From contig JAWKSL010000001.1 in NCBI GenBank assembly GCA_041389085.1, forward strand, positions 228,542-292,541: DNA of 64,000 bases, in the 5' to 3' direction. Every line of letters starts with the position of its first letter. Position 1 is the first letter of the stretch. The notes under the pieces are model-generated. The model did no database searches and had not been told where the DNA came from. It saw only the letters and a list, made by a program, of their open reading frames with translations. Source of the DNA: Minisyncoccota bacterium (GTDB lineage Bacteria > Patescibacteriota > Minisyncoccia > UBA6257 > 1-14-0-10-44-23). The position numbers were made by a program, and so were the translations under genes. Below, piece by piece: positions 1-9,127 of the stretch.

Positions 1-143
1 TGCATTTTCCTCTGGTTTATTCTACTATTTGCCCTACACATGCCCGGTGGGACAAATTGGCCCTAAGGGTGTAAATATTAAAAAAGTGATTATTTTCTGG
101 ATTGAGGCAGAATGTCTTGTCCAGGCCAATTAGTACCACCGGG

Positions 144-401
144 ATGCCAAACGTAAAAGCAGCTAAAAAGGACCTTAAGCAAACAGCGGTGCGCACTGCG
201 CGCAATCTTGCTGCGAAGAAAGAGCTTAAAGAGACCATAAAAGACTATAAGAAAGCTCTTGAGGCCGACCAAAAGAAGGCTCAAGAACTTCTTCCTACTG
301 TATTTAAAAAGCTTGATAAGGCAGCTAAAAACAACCTTATAAAGGAAAATGCGGCATCTCGAATGAAGAGCCGCCTCAGCCGAAAGCTCGCAGTTAAGTA
401 A
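144..401 (+). CDS. rpsT: 30S ribosomal protein S20
   Basis: MPNVKAAKKDLKQTAVRTARNLAAKKELK... is basic and K/A-rich, typical of S20. The 102-start ORF extends upstream of the likely start MPNV. Confidence 0.85.
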   Translation: MPNVKAAKKDLKQTAVRTARNLAAKKELKETIKDYKKALEADQKKAQELLPTVFKKLDKAAKNNLIKENAASRMKSRLSRKLAVK

Positions 402-407
402 AGTAGA

Positions 408-432
408 AACCGCCCGGAAGGGCGGTTTTGCA
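408..432 (+). terminator. rho-independent terminator of rpsT
   Basis: Hairpin aaaccgcccggaagggcggtttt followed by a T-run. Confidence 0.6.
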
Positions 433-499
433 TTCTTGGCTCACACTTGCTAGCATTGCCCTAGATCTACCCCCCCCTACCGCGAAAGGTTCCATACCC

Positions 500-1096
500 A
501 TGGACATTCAAGCGATCACTCGCCTTATCTTTGAGTCTGGCACCTTGCGCGGCACTCCGCGTTCGCATCGCCAGCTCCTGCTCACACGCGACGACAGCGA
601 CAACATCGCCGCCCACTCATTCCAGGTTGCCGTCATTGGCTTCTTCCTGGCCCACCTTGAAGGAGTTGACCCCTACAAGGTAGTGGTGATGTGTCTCTTT
701 CATGACCTTGGGGAGACGCGCACTGGAGACAAGAACTGGGTTCATCGCCCCTATGTTGTTGAGGATGAGCCGGCCATCGTCCGCTCCCAGTTTGGGCCTT
801 TTGAGGAGATTGGGCTGCCAGCCCTTATGCTCGAACAGCTCGAACACAAATCTCCCGAGGCTCGCGTAGTCAAGGACGCTGATGTGCTCGGGCAGATCTT
901 GCTACTTCTTGAGTACGCGCGCGCCGGAAACAAGGAGGCCGAACAATGGCTTGGTGGGCGGACCGAAAAGCGCCCCTACGCCTATGTTGACTATCTTCGA
1001 ACCCCTTCTGGGCAAGCGCTTGGTCGGTCCCTCTACGACACACCGGTGAATGACTGGTGGGCGCAGCTCTATAGCGGCGAGAAACGCAAGAAGTAA
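500..1096 (+). CDS. HD-domain phosphohydrolase (YfbR-like 5'-deoxynucleotidase family)
   Basis: Motifs AAHSFQVA...LFHDLGETRTGD match the HD superfamily. The ORF opens at 428; MDIQ at 500 is the likely start. Codon third positions are GC-rich compared with neighbours. Confidence 0.6.
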   Translation: MDIQAITRLIFESGTLRGTPRSHRQLLLTRDDSDNIAAHSFQVAVIGFFLAHLEGVDPYKVVVMCLFHDLGETRTGDKNWVHRPYVVEDEPAIVRSQFGPFEEIGLPALMLEQLEHKSPEARVVKDADVLGQILLLLEYARAGNKEAEQWLGGRTEKRPYAYVDYLRTPSGQALGRSLYDTPVNDWWAQLYSGEKRKK

Positions 1097-1102
1097 CGCA
1101 TT

Positions 1103-1126
1103 GGCGCCTTCCTAGGAAGGCGCCTT
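1103..1126. terminator. bidirectional terminator between the HD gene and holA
   Basis: Palindromic hairpin ggcgccttcctaggaaggcgcc flanked by T and A runs. Confidence 0.5.
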
Positions 1127-1133
1127 TACATTT

Positions 1134-1892
1134 CTAGCTTAGGACTATGTCGAGGAGAACCTCGGGATATTCTAGCTTCCCCGCCTTTATAAGCAGGTCG
1201 TAGTTTGCCATCTTTTCCTTTGCTTGTGGCGCGGAGAGCGCAGCTATCATGTTGAATATAGCTGCTGGGTCTTCGTTTTTAAGCAAGGTGTTTAAAATTT
1301 TGAGTTTCTTCTCTTGCGGGAGTGAGCCTCTGAGTGCGTTTATACTTGGGAAGAAATCTAGACTTTCTTTTATATTTAGCCCGTCTTTCGCTCCGAGGGC
1401 CCACTTCTCTATATCGTTTGTTGTTGCAAAAAGATCACCTCCATTTGCTTCTATAAGCTCGGCAATGTGCTCGTCTGAAATTTTAAAGTCTCTTTTTTCG
1501 GCCTCTTTTTTAATAAAGGTTTTTAGTTGAGCTCCTTTTAGCTCTTCAAATTCTTGCGATATAGCTGGCTTTGTAAGTAGAAACTTGAACTTTGCAGGAA
1601 GTTTCTTTTCAGAAACTACTACCAGGGTAGTATTTTTATCTTCGAGGAAGTTTTTCAAAAACTTTGTGGTTTCTGTGGGGCCTTTTTCTATGTCGAAAAC
1701 TACTGCGAGCGTCTTCTTCGCAAAAAGGCTCGTGTCTGAACAGAAAGTGAGTAGTTTATCGAAGTCGTCTTTTGCACTCAAAGCAAAGGTTGCGTATTTA
1801 CCCTGGGGATTTTTTTCTTTAAAGCTTGCTACAAGCTCAGCTGTCTTCTGCTGCCTGCGGTAAGCATCTTTTCCAAATAGGTATATGAGCAT
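1134..1892 (-). CDS. holA: DNA polymerase III delta subunit
   Basis: MLIYLFGKDAYRRQQKTAELVASFKEK... matches holA N-terminus; 252 aa, short form. Confidence 0.65.
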   Translation of the reverse strand: MLIYLFGKDAYRRQQKTAELVASFKEKNPQGKYATFALSAKDDFDKLLTFCSDTSLFAKKTLAVVFDIEKGPTETTKFLKNFLEDKNTTLVVVSEKKLPAKFKFLLTKPAISQEFEELKGAQLKTFIKKEAEKRDFKISDEHIAELIEANGGDLFATTNDIEKWALGAKDGLNIKESLDFFPSINALRGSLPQEKKLKILNTLLKNEDPAAIFNMIAALSAPQAKEKMANYDLLIKAGKLEYPEVLLDIVLS

Positions 1893-1953
1893 GCTCGTCT
1901 ATTTATAGGGTAAGGATAGCCCAGAACTAATGCGTAAGGCAAAGCCTGGCTTT

Positions 1954-1987
1954 GCTCTAGAGCTAACTCTAGAGTTAGCTCTAGAGC
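1954..1987. repeat. palindromic element built on the CTCTAGAG core (cassette A 5' element)
   Basis: gctctagagctaactctagagttagctctagagc. A related perfect palindrome sits at 31244-31265 in the same position relative to a promoter and a small ORF. Confidence 0.6.
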
Positions 1988-2009
1988 AGTGTGTGGAGGC
2001 TTGGGTTTT

Positions 2010-2038
2010 TTGACAAAAATTTCTTTTTGTTTTATTTT
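2010..2038 (+). promoter_or_regulatory. sigma70-like promoter of cassette A
   Basis: TTGACA at 2010, 17-nt spacer, then tatttt. Confidence 0.4.
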
Positions 2039-2083
2039 TGGATAGAGAAAAGTGCCTTAAAAGGCGCTAGAAAGGAGGCCTTG

Positions 2084-2317
2084 ATGCGAAACTGCCTTGC
2101 GTACATTTCGCGGCACTGGGGAGAGCTCCTTCTGGCGCCCCTCCTCGGAGCTCTCAATCTGGTGTACGCGGCTCACCAGGATGTGCCGCCTTGGCTGCAC
2201 AAAGTGCTATGCATCCCGGGGTGTGTGATCCTCGCAATCCCTCTCGTCCTCATCGATGACCTCATCGTCTGGAAGAGAGAAAGAGCGCTCCAGAAGACTC
2301 TCGATGTCTTCAATTGA
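2084..2317 (+). CDS. small (77 aa) two-TM membrane protein, GC-rich (cassette A)
   Basis: SD aggagg sits 5 nt upstream of the ATG. The protein is hydrophobic and carries a PPWL motif. The 1991-start ORF upstream is a read-through of the promoter region. Confidence 0.55.
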   Translation: MRNCLAYISRHWGELLLAPLLGALNLVYAAHQDVPPWLHKVLCIPGCVILAIPLVLIDDLIVWKRERALQKTLDVFN

Positions 2318-2330
2318 GCTCCCCGCCTGA

Positions 2331-2368
2331 CCCCAGCGACTCGTAGTCGCTGGGGTTCAACTTTTTTG
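2331..2368 (+). terminator. conserved terminator hairpin (family shared with 31590-31626)
   Basis: ccccagcgactcgtagtcgctgggg followed by ttcaacttttttg. Confidence 0.7.
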
Positions 2369-2398
2369 TCTTGTTACGTAGCAAGCTAGGTAACATGC
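2369..2398. repeat. palindromic element TTGTTACGTAGCAAGCTAGGTAACAT (cassette A 3' element)
   Basis: Matches 24 of 26 positions to the element at 44101-44126 (reverse complement), which also lies just past a terminator of a small peptide gene. Confidence 0.55.
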
Positions 2399-2519
2399 TC
2401 CTGAGCAATGTAAGGAGCAGCTCAAAGAACTAATCGGATCCCTCCCTCTGCACTATGCCAAGGCATAGCATGGAATGCTGGTGAGGGCTTTCTAAAATCT
2501 AAGATCGAAAATCTAGAAT

Positions 2520-4148
2520 CTATTTTCTTTGCTTTGCGGCTTTTATAAGCCCGCTAAAGAGTGGGTGTGGGCTTAGTGGTCGGCTTAGAAACTCTGGGTG
2601 AGCCTGAGTTGCTACAAAATATGGGTGGCCCTTTAACTCAATAAACTCCATAAGTTTCCCATTTGGAGATTTGCCTGAGAAAATAAGGCCTTTCTTTTCT
2701 ATCTGCTCTACATATGCGTTATTTACTTCGTAGCGGTGGCGGTGGCGCTCGATAACGCGTGGCTTTTTATACAAACTTTCGACAAGGCTTCCTTTTTTGA
2801 GCTTTGCTGGGTAGTTTCCAAGACGCATTGTCCCGCCATAGTGCTTCTTTGCGAGCTTTTCTTTTTGGCTTTCCATAACGTCTATTACTACGTGTGGAGC
2901 TTTCTTATCTATCTCTGCAGTGTGTGCGCCCTCAAGGCCGACTACGTTTCTCGCGAACTCTACAACTGCAAGTTGCATGCCGTAGCAAAGGCCAAGATAT
3001 GGGATCTTGTTTTCTCTACAGAACTTTATAACGTTTATTTTCCCCTCTATCCCCCTGCTTCCAAATCCTCCTGGCACGATTATTGCGTCGCACTTCTTAA
3101 GTTCTGCGAAGCTTGCCTTTTTGTTTTCAAAATCTGAACTATTAAGCCACCCTATTACTGGCTTAAGCTGCTTTTCATAGGCTGCGTGCTTTACCGCTTC
3201 GATAACAGAAATATATGAGTCGGTAAGAGTAAACTCTCCCGTAGCAAAATACTTCCCAACTATTCCTACCGTAACTTCGCCTTTTGGATTTTTAATGCGA
3301 GATACAAAACGGCGCCAATCTGAAAGGTTTGGTTTTCGTTTTCGTAAATTGAGCTTCTCTATTATTCGGTCTCCTAGGCCGTCGCGCTCAAAGTTGAGCG
3401 GAACTTCGTAAATACTGTCTACGTTTGGCGCTGAAATAACGTCTTGCCCTTGAAGGCCGCAGTTGAAGGCTATTTTCTCCTTTCGCACCTTGTCGAGCGA
3501 CACGTCTGCGCGCGCAATAATTATGTCTGGCTGAATTCCCACTGCGTTTGCTTGGCGTACTGCATTTTGAGTTGGCTTACTCTTAAGCTCTCCGTCCTTT
3601 TGCAACGGAAGAAAGCCAACTAAAACAAACAGGGCGTTTTGTGGGTTTTTAATTTTGAGCATTCTGTAAGCCTCAAGGAAAAGAATGTTTTGATACTCAC
3701 CTATTGTTCCTCCTACCTCTACTACAACAAAGTCGCTTTTGTGTTTTGCAGCACTCGCTTCGAGTTTGTCGATAACAAGCATTGGGATTTCTGGTACTAC
3801 ACTTACGCACTTTCCTTTGTATTCTAAGTTCCTCTCCTTTCTTATCATTTCAAGATAGAGAGAGCCTGTTGTCATATAGTCGCTGGTGTAGAGCTCAGTG
3901 TTTAGGAAGCGCTCGTAGTTCCCCATATCTTGGTCTGTTTCAAGACCGTCTGATAAAACAAAAACCTCACCGTGTTCGGTGGGGTTCATAGTTCCTGCAT
4001 CAACGTTTACGTACGGGTCTATCTTTATTGCGCTGACAGAAAATCCACGTGCTTGTAAAATTTTGGCTACTGAAGACGCGGTTATTCCTTTTCCGATTCC
4101 GCTCATCACTCCTCCGGCAACGAATATAAATTTGGTTGACTTATCCAT
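2520..4148 (-). CDS. pyrG: CTP synthase
   Basis: N-terminal KFIFVAGGVMSGIGKG and a C-terminal glutamine amidotransferase domain (GLCYGMQ). The likely start is MDKSTKFIFV. Confidence 0.9.
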   Translation of the reverse strand: MDKSTKFIFVAGGVMSGIGKGITASSVAKILQARGFSVSAIKIDPYVNVDAGTMNPTEHGEVFVLSDGLETDQDMGNYERFLNTELYTSDYMTTGSLYLEMIRKERNLEYKGKCVSVVPEIPMLVIDKLEASAAKHKSDFVVVEVGGTIGEYQNILFLEAYRMLKIKNPQNALFVLVGFLPLQKDGELKSKPTQNAVRQANAVGIQPDIIIARADVSLDKVRKEKIAFNCGLQGQDVISAPNVDSIYEVPLNFERDGLGDRIIEKLNLRKRKPNLSDWRRFVSRIKNPKGEVTVGIVGKYFATGEFTLTDSYISVIEAVKHAAYEKQLKPVIGWLNSSDFENKKASFAELKKCDAIIVPGGFGSRGIEGKINVIKFCRENKIPYLGLCYGMQLAVVEFARNVVGLEGAHTAEIDKKAPHVVIDVMESQKEKLAKKHYGGTMRLGNYPAKLKKGSLVESLYKKPRVIERHRHRYEVNNAYVEQIEKKGLIFSGKSPNGKLMEFIELKGHPYFVATQAHPEFLSRPLSPHPLFSGLIKAAKQRK

Positions 4149-4294
4149 GTTCTTTCTCTTGCTTGCTCTACCGCCCACCACTCTTTCTTTGCTGCGTTCT
4201 CAGTCTCGATGATAAATTTCTTTATCGCCTGCGCCTTCGCGCCTTGCAAAGAAAATGCTGTGCGCTATCCAAACAAAAAAAGAACACGGACAAA

Positions 4295-5254
4295 TCAACT
4301 GTTTCTTTTCCTGCTTTTATAGAGCCTACTTTCCTTCTGACATTTCGGGCACAAGTGCGTGCCTCTCCCACCTACTTTAATGCGTTTGATGGTAGTTTGG
4401 CAACTTTGACAACTTTCCCCTTGTCTGCCATAAACAAGTCGCCATTTTGTATACCCTCCCTCCTTTCCTTCGGTGTCGCGAAAGTCGCTTGTAGATGTAC
4501 CTCTAAGCCTTACTGCTTTGCGAAGTATGCTTTTTATTGCTCCGTGAAGCCTTTTTAGCTCATCTTTGGTGAGTTTCTTGGGGTTTTGCTGCGGATGAAT
4601 TTTTGCTCTGTGTAAACTTTCGTCGGCGTATATGTTTCCTATGCCTGAAATGAGCTCTGGTTTTAAAAGCGCCTGCTTTATTGTCGGCCCTGAGGTTTTT
4701 ATAAGCTCTTCAAACTTTTTTAGGGTGAGGTCTGGGCTCAGTGCGTCTATGCCGAGGCTCGCTATGTCTTTTGTAGCGTGTATTTGCCCGACGCTTGCAA
4801 CCATCGCCTTAGCAAACTTGCGCATGTCTGAAAGTGCGAGCTGCGTTTTATCTGAAAACGTTATGATGAGGTGAATAAATCCGTTGAATGGATCGTTTTT
4901 TATCGCTTCTGGCTCTAGGCCTTTTGGTCTTCCCTTTTTTATTTCCCATTTCCCAAAGAGAAGGTGTCCCGTCATCTTTTGGTGTATAAGCAAAAGCTTG
5001 TTTGAGCTTAAGTAGACTAAAACATTTTTACCCTTTCTCTCTGCGCGCAATATTTTTTCTCCTACAAGATCGCGTTTGAAGTGGCGAAAGTTTTTTTGCG
5101 CCTCTTTTATGTCTGCGTCTGAAATTCTCCTACTTGGGTGTAGGTGGTCGCGTACAAGCTTTGGGTTGTCGGTCCACACATCTTTAATGCGCTTGCCTGC
5201 AACCTTTTTATTTAAGTCGTTTACGACTGTTTGCACTTCGGGGAGTTCGGGCAT
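4295..5254 (-). CDS. mutM: formamidopyrimidine-DNA glycosylase
   Basis: MPELPEVQTVVNDL start and a C-terminal CPKCQ zinc finger. Confidence 0.8.
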   Translation of the reverse strand: MPELPEVQTVVNDLNKKVAGKRIKDVWTDNPKLVRDHLHPSRRISDADIKEAQKNFRHFKRDLVGEKILRAERKGKNVLVYLSSNKLLLIHQKMTGHLLFGKWEIKKGRPKGLEPEAIKNDPFNGFIHLIITFSDKTQLALSDMRKFAKAMVASVGQIHATKDIASLGIDALSPDLTLKKFEELIKTSGPTIKQALLKPELISGIGNIYADESLHRAKIHPQQNPKKLTKDELKRLHGAIKSILRKAVRLRGTSTSDFRDTEGKEGGYTKWRLVYGRQGESCQSCQTTIKRIKVGGRGTHLCPKCQKESRLYKSRKRNS

Positions 5255-5366
5255 ACCTCTAGTTAAAAGTTTGTCTCTGCAAAAGTCAAAGTTTTGACTT
5301 TTAGCTCTGCTTGTTTTTAAATATCGATAGATCAACACAGTCCTTAGCTCCATTGGAGGAAAGATC

Positions 5367-5879
5367 GTGAAAGCTGCAATCCTTTGCCTTCTTGGCGCCC
5401 TTGTTGGCGTCTATCTCGTTGGTGTGCACGGCCTCCCTGCAACGAAGCTTGCGCACGTACTCGTGCTAGGAGGCATCGTCCTCGCGGCCGCTTTCTCTCT
5501 CCACTTTGCGACTCGTGCGAATTGCGGAGTGCCCATCTGCGACGATTCAGGCGATCCTCCGCTTGGCATTGTCGAGGTCGTTTCGGCTACGCGCGTTGAC
5601 TTTGATACTATGGGAGTCTTCATCAAGAAACCCAATGGAGAGTTTGATGAGCGCCTCTATCTTGAGGTGAATGAACGCTTGTTTGACCCCGCTATTAGTA
5701 AGTTCGCCCACCTTGAGTACCAGGCCCTACCCCACTCACTGACACCTCACTGGCGACGGCTTGCGCTCGTGAGCATCCCTGACGACCTCAGCACTGAGCC
5801 CATCGACTTTACTGAAGATGAGCCGGTGGCGCTCCCGCGGGCCGACAAGCCTCACGCTACCGCCCCTAAGGTGCCGTAG
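5367..5879 (+). CDS. hypothetical membrane-anchored protein, GC-rich (cassette C)
   Basis: GTG start preceded by ggagga; hydrophobic N-terminus; own terminator. No recognisable domain. Confidence 0.4.
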   Translation: MKAAILCLLGALVGVYLVGVHGLPATKLAHVLVLGGIVLAAAFSLHFATRANCGVPICDDSGDPPLGIVEVVSATRVDFDTMGVFIKKPNGEFDERLYLEVNERLFDPAISKFAHLEYQALPHSLTPHWRRLALVSIPDDLSTEPIDFTEDEPVALPRADKPHATAPKVP

Positions 5880-5885
5880 TACCGT

Positions 5886-5930
5886 ATCAGCCGCCGTTTG
5901 CACATGCGAATGGCGGCTGATTGCTTTTTA
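5886..5930. terminator. bidirectional terminator
   Basis: Hairpin atcagccgcc...ggcggctgat followed by ttgcttttt. Confidence 0.6.
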
Positions 5931-7259
5931 GTCTTGCCCAAAGGTGCCCACCTCGCGCTGAGGGATAAGGCCCGAATCTGTAGGAAGCGTAAAGTGGAAG
6001 GTAGAGCCTCTACCAAATACTGACTCTACCCATATTTGCCCGCCGTGCTGGCGGATAATGTTTTTCGCTATATAAAGTCCAAGACCACTTCCGGTGGTGT
6101 CTTTTTTTGTAACTGTTTCACTGCGGTAAAACTTTGTAAAAAGCTTATCTACCTCGTCTTGCTTAACTCCTACCCCGGTATCTTCAACAGTAATTTCTAC
6201 AAATGGCGCAGCTTCCTTTTCTTTTATTCTTACTATTACCTGCCCGTTTTCCACGTTGTACTTTATTGAGTTGTCGAGCAGGTTTGAAAGAACCATGGCT
6301 ATTTTTGAGGCGTCCATTGTTATCTGAATTTGCTTGTCTGGCTTTTCAAAAAACACATTTACCTTGCGCTGCATAGCTACTGGCGCTGCCTCGTCTACAA
6401 CTTTTTGGATAAAGCTGGTTATCTCTTCTTCCTTAAACTCAAAACCAAAGCGACCCTCCTCAATTTTGGTGACGTCTAAAAAGTCGCGAACTATGTTGCT
6501 AAGCTTCTGCGCTGCCTGTGAGCCTGCGGTAAATACACTGCGGCGAGTTGCATCGTCCAAATCTGGCTTTGCAAGCTCTTGGAAGGCCCAATTTATAGCG
6601 CTGAGTGGGGTGCGCAACTGGTGGCTTGCTACGGTAATGAATTCGTTTTTGCTTCGCGCGAAATTTACTGCACGCGTTCTGTCGTGGATGATTTTTACAA
6701 AAGCTCCCTGGCCGCTTTCTCCGCTAATTGGGATAGTTATAGACTGAAGCTCCATAAACGGATTTTCAAAAGAAAGATTTACTACCTGCGGATACTCGCC
6801 TGGTTTTGAAATTGGGTGAATAGATGGGGCAAGCGATGGGAACATAACCTGCCTAAGCAGGGTAAGGCTTGGGTTGCTTGCACTTGTTTGTATAGAAAAT
6901 ATCTTCCCCACTATCTCAGACTCCTTCACCTCGAAAAGAGTTTCGGCTTTTTTGTTGAAATTGAGCACTTTAAAATCGCTATCGTAGGCAATAACCGCAT
7001 CGTTTAGGTTTCGCACTATTGAGGTAAGAAGGTCGTGTTCAAGGTTGAGCTTTCCTTTTGTTTTTGCGCGGCCAAATGTAGCAGCAAAGAATATCGCAAC
7101 AAGAGAAGTAAGTAGAATGCCGGCTATTGCTTTAAATATAGCTGGCATATAGATAAGACTGAGCACGAGGAGCGCAACAATGACAAGAAGGGCTACGTAA
7201 AAGAAACGAGCGCTTTTGCTTTTAAGAAAAATTTTGGCTTCTCTGAGTATCTTTTTCAT
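5928..7259 (-). CDS. sensor histidine kinase (two TM helices, PAS-like, HisKA, HATPase_c)
   Basis: HQLRTPLSAI H-box, and DTGVGV...GSGLGL G-boxes. Confidence 0.8.
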   Translation of the reverse strand: MKKILREAKIFLKSKSARFFYVALLVIVALLVLSLIYMPAIFKAIAGILLTSLVAIFFAATFGRAKTKGKLNLEHDLLTSIVRNLNDAVIAYDSDFKVLNFNKKAETLFEVKESEIVGKIFSIQTSASNPSLTLLRQVMFPSLAPSIHPISKPGEYPQVVNLSFENPFMELQSITIPISGESGQGAFVKIIHDRTRAVNFARSKNEFITVASHQLRTPLSAINWAFQELAKPDLDDATRRSVFTAGSQAAQKLSNIVRDFLDVTKIEEGRFGFEFKEEEITSFIQKVVDEAAPVAMQRKVNVFFEKPDKQIQITMDASKIAMVLSNLLDNSIKYNVENGQVIVRIKEKEAAPFVEITVEDTGVGVKQDEVDKLFTKFYRSETVTKKDTTGSGLGLYIAKNIIRQHGGQIWVESVFGRGSTFHFTLPTDSGLIPQREVGTFGQD

Positions 7260-7289
7260 TCCTGCTACTAGTATACAGGAATGAAGCGC

Positions 7290-8168
7290 TTAGTTTGTGA
7301 GCGCAAGCGCGTCGAGCTCAGATATAAGGCTTACGAAACCGAGGTGGTTGAAGTAATTCTTAATCTCCTCAATGTTGAGCGGCACTGTCTTTAGGTCTTC
7401 GAGACTGTCGGTGTAGATAGGGGCGTTTGTTTCTATGGTTGCAAGCTTTTTTGAGAGTAGCGCTATGTCTTTTTGCCCTTCGAGCTTCTTGGCTATCTTT
7501 GGGTTGATAATCACTAGGTTTTCAAAAATTTCTTCTACGCTTCCCCACTCTTTTATAAGCGGCGCGGCACTTTTAGGCCCGATGCCTTGCACTCCCGGAA
7601 TATTGTCGCTTGTGTCGCCAGTGAGCCCCTTTAGGTCTATTATCTGCTCTGGCTTAATTCCAAACTCCTCTTCTACGAGCGCTTGGTTGTACTGCTTAAC
7701 TTCGCCCCTTGGGCGGATAAGGTCTACAACTACGTCGTTGTCTTTCACAAGCTGGAGCAGATCTTTATCTCCTGAGAAAATAACTGTTTGTAGGCCCTTT
7801 TCGTCTTGGTAGCGTTTTGCGAGCGTACCGATAAGGTCGTCGGCTTCAAAGCCAGCAGCTTCAAAACTTTTAATCTTAAACAAGTCAAAAAGGGTCGATA
7901 TATTTTCTATCTGCCAGATAAGGTCGTCGTCCGCTTTTGTGCGCGTAGCCTTATACTCGCTGTACTGCTCCGCACGAAAGGTTGGCTCTGGTCTATCGAA
8001 GCAGGCGGCAATATACTCTGGGCGCACCTCTTTCCGGATTTTAAGAAATATTTTTGCCAGTCCATAAATAGCGCCTACTGGCTCGTTGTTTGGCCCGGTA
8101 AGTGGCGCCATCGCATGGTACATGCGGTGGATAAGGGCGTGGCTGTCTATAAGAAGAAGGTGCTTCAT
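7290..8168 (-). CDS. 5'-3' exonuclease (FEN-like, stand-alone Pol I N-terminal domain homolog)
   Basis: MKHLLLIDSHALIHRMYHA... matches 5'-3' exonuclease N-terminus, and there is an H3TH region. Confidence 0.8.
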   Translation of the reverse strand: MKHLLLIDSHALIHRMYHAMAPLTGPNNEPVGAIYGLAKIFLKIRKEVRPEYIAACFDRPEPTFRAEQYSEYKATRTKADDDLIWQIENISTLFDLFKIKSFEAAGFEADDLIGTLAKRYQDEKGLQTVIFSGDKDLLQLVKDNDVVVDLIRPRGEVKQYNQALVEEEFGIKPEQIIDLKGLTGDTSDNIPGVQGIGPKSAAPLIKEWGSVEEIFENLVIINPKIAKKLEGQKDIALLSKKLATIETNAPIYTDSLEDLKTVPLNIEEIKNYFNHLGFVSLISELDALALTN

Positions 8169-8171
8169 TGG

Positions 8172-8606
8172 TTAGTATTTTATCTCAAAATTTCGCGCTT
8201 CGCCTTTGTGCTCTATTTTCACCCAGATAGCATCTTCTGGTAGTAAATCTTTTGCTCTCTCTGCCCACTCTACGAGCACGAGAGCATCTTTTTCTTTTAA
8301 TATTTCTTGTAGTTGTAGAGCATTGAGCTCTCCTGTGTCCTCAAGGCGATACGTATCTATGTGGTAGGCCTTCTTAAATCCTTTCGCCTTCTCTTGGTCG
8401 AGCTGGTACTCCTTTATAAGAAGGAATGTTGGGCTAATGATTGGCTCATTTACTCCGAGGCTCTGAAGCAGCCCTTTGCTAAAGGTCGTTTTCCCTGCGC
8501 CTAGGTTTCCCTCAAGCCCAATAACTACCGCTTTCTCCTGTGGCCCTATCTTTTCTGCCACCTCTTTGGCAAACGCTACTGTTTCTTGTTCTGAATTTAA
8601 AATCAT
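8172..8606 (-). CDS. tsaE: tRNA t6A37 biosynthesis protein TsaE
   Basis: GLEGNLGAGKTTFSKGL P-loop; 144 aa. Confidence 0.8.
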   Translation of the reverse strand: MILNSEQETVAFAKEVAEKIGPQEKAVVIGLEGNLGAGKTTFSKGLLQSLGVNEPIISPTFLLIKEYQLDQEKAKGFKKAYHIDTYRLEDTGELNALQLQEILKEKDALVLVEWAERAKDLLPEDAIWVKIEHKGEARNFEIKY

Positions 8607-9127
8607 TGTATTGGGTTTTCTTTTTCGAACTGCTCAAACATTATCTCCTCTCTGGATTTTGGTATGTTTTTTAGCACATAGAGAGACACTGTGGCAACAA
8701 GTAGCCCGAGGAATATTGCTGTTGGCACAAGGGTGTTGTTTGCCTGTACTATTTCGCTTGGAGCGGCGCTAAAAGCGTTTGCTTGGAAAATGTTCTCTTT
8801 TATTTCTTGTGTGAGTGTTGGAGTTTTCTCTATTAGCCTACCCTCGAGAGCGGAGCCAGCATACCCAAGCTCGTCTACCACCTCTCCGCTTGGGGTGATT
8901 AGATACAAAGTTTCACCATTGTTGTTTAGTGGGAACTTTGAGCCAGCCTCAAACCTTTTCTCCTGCCCCGCCTCTAGCACTCCGGTTAAGAAGTAGGCCT
9001 TCCCCGACAGATCTTTAACGTGCCAGCCTGAAAGACTTTGTGTTTGACTACTATTGTTTTCTACTACGAAAAACTCTCCGCTTGCATCTGAGCCTTCAGG
9101 GTTTGGGAGGAAGGCTTTGATCTGCAT
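8603..9127 (-). CDS. lamin-tail-domain (LTD) protein with C-terminal TM anchor
   Basis: FLPNPEGSD...FFVVEN...LSGWHVKDLSG matches the LTD signature. Confidence 0.55.
   Translation of the reverse strand: MQIKAFLPNPEGSDASGEFFVVENNSSQTQSLSGWHVKDLSGKAYFLTGVLEAGQEKRFEAGSKFPLNNNGETLYLITPSGEVVDELGYAGSALEGRLIEKTPTLTQEIKENIFQANAFSAAPSEIVQANNTLVPTAIFLGLLVATVSLYVLKNIPKSREEIMFEQFEKENPIQ

Noticed and set aside
1991-2083. N-terminal extension of the cassette A ORF (MWRLGFFDKNFF...)
   Set aside because: It reads through the TTGACA promoter and an AT-rich spacer. The real start is the ATG at 2084 with a perfect SD.
2736-4212. Multiple 60-140-aa ORFs antisense to pyrG, and similar antisense ORFs inside pnp, rpsA, nrdJ, the PBP and the T4SS genes
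   Set aside because: They lie entirely within well-supported long genes on the opposite strand and have no independent signals.
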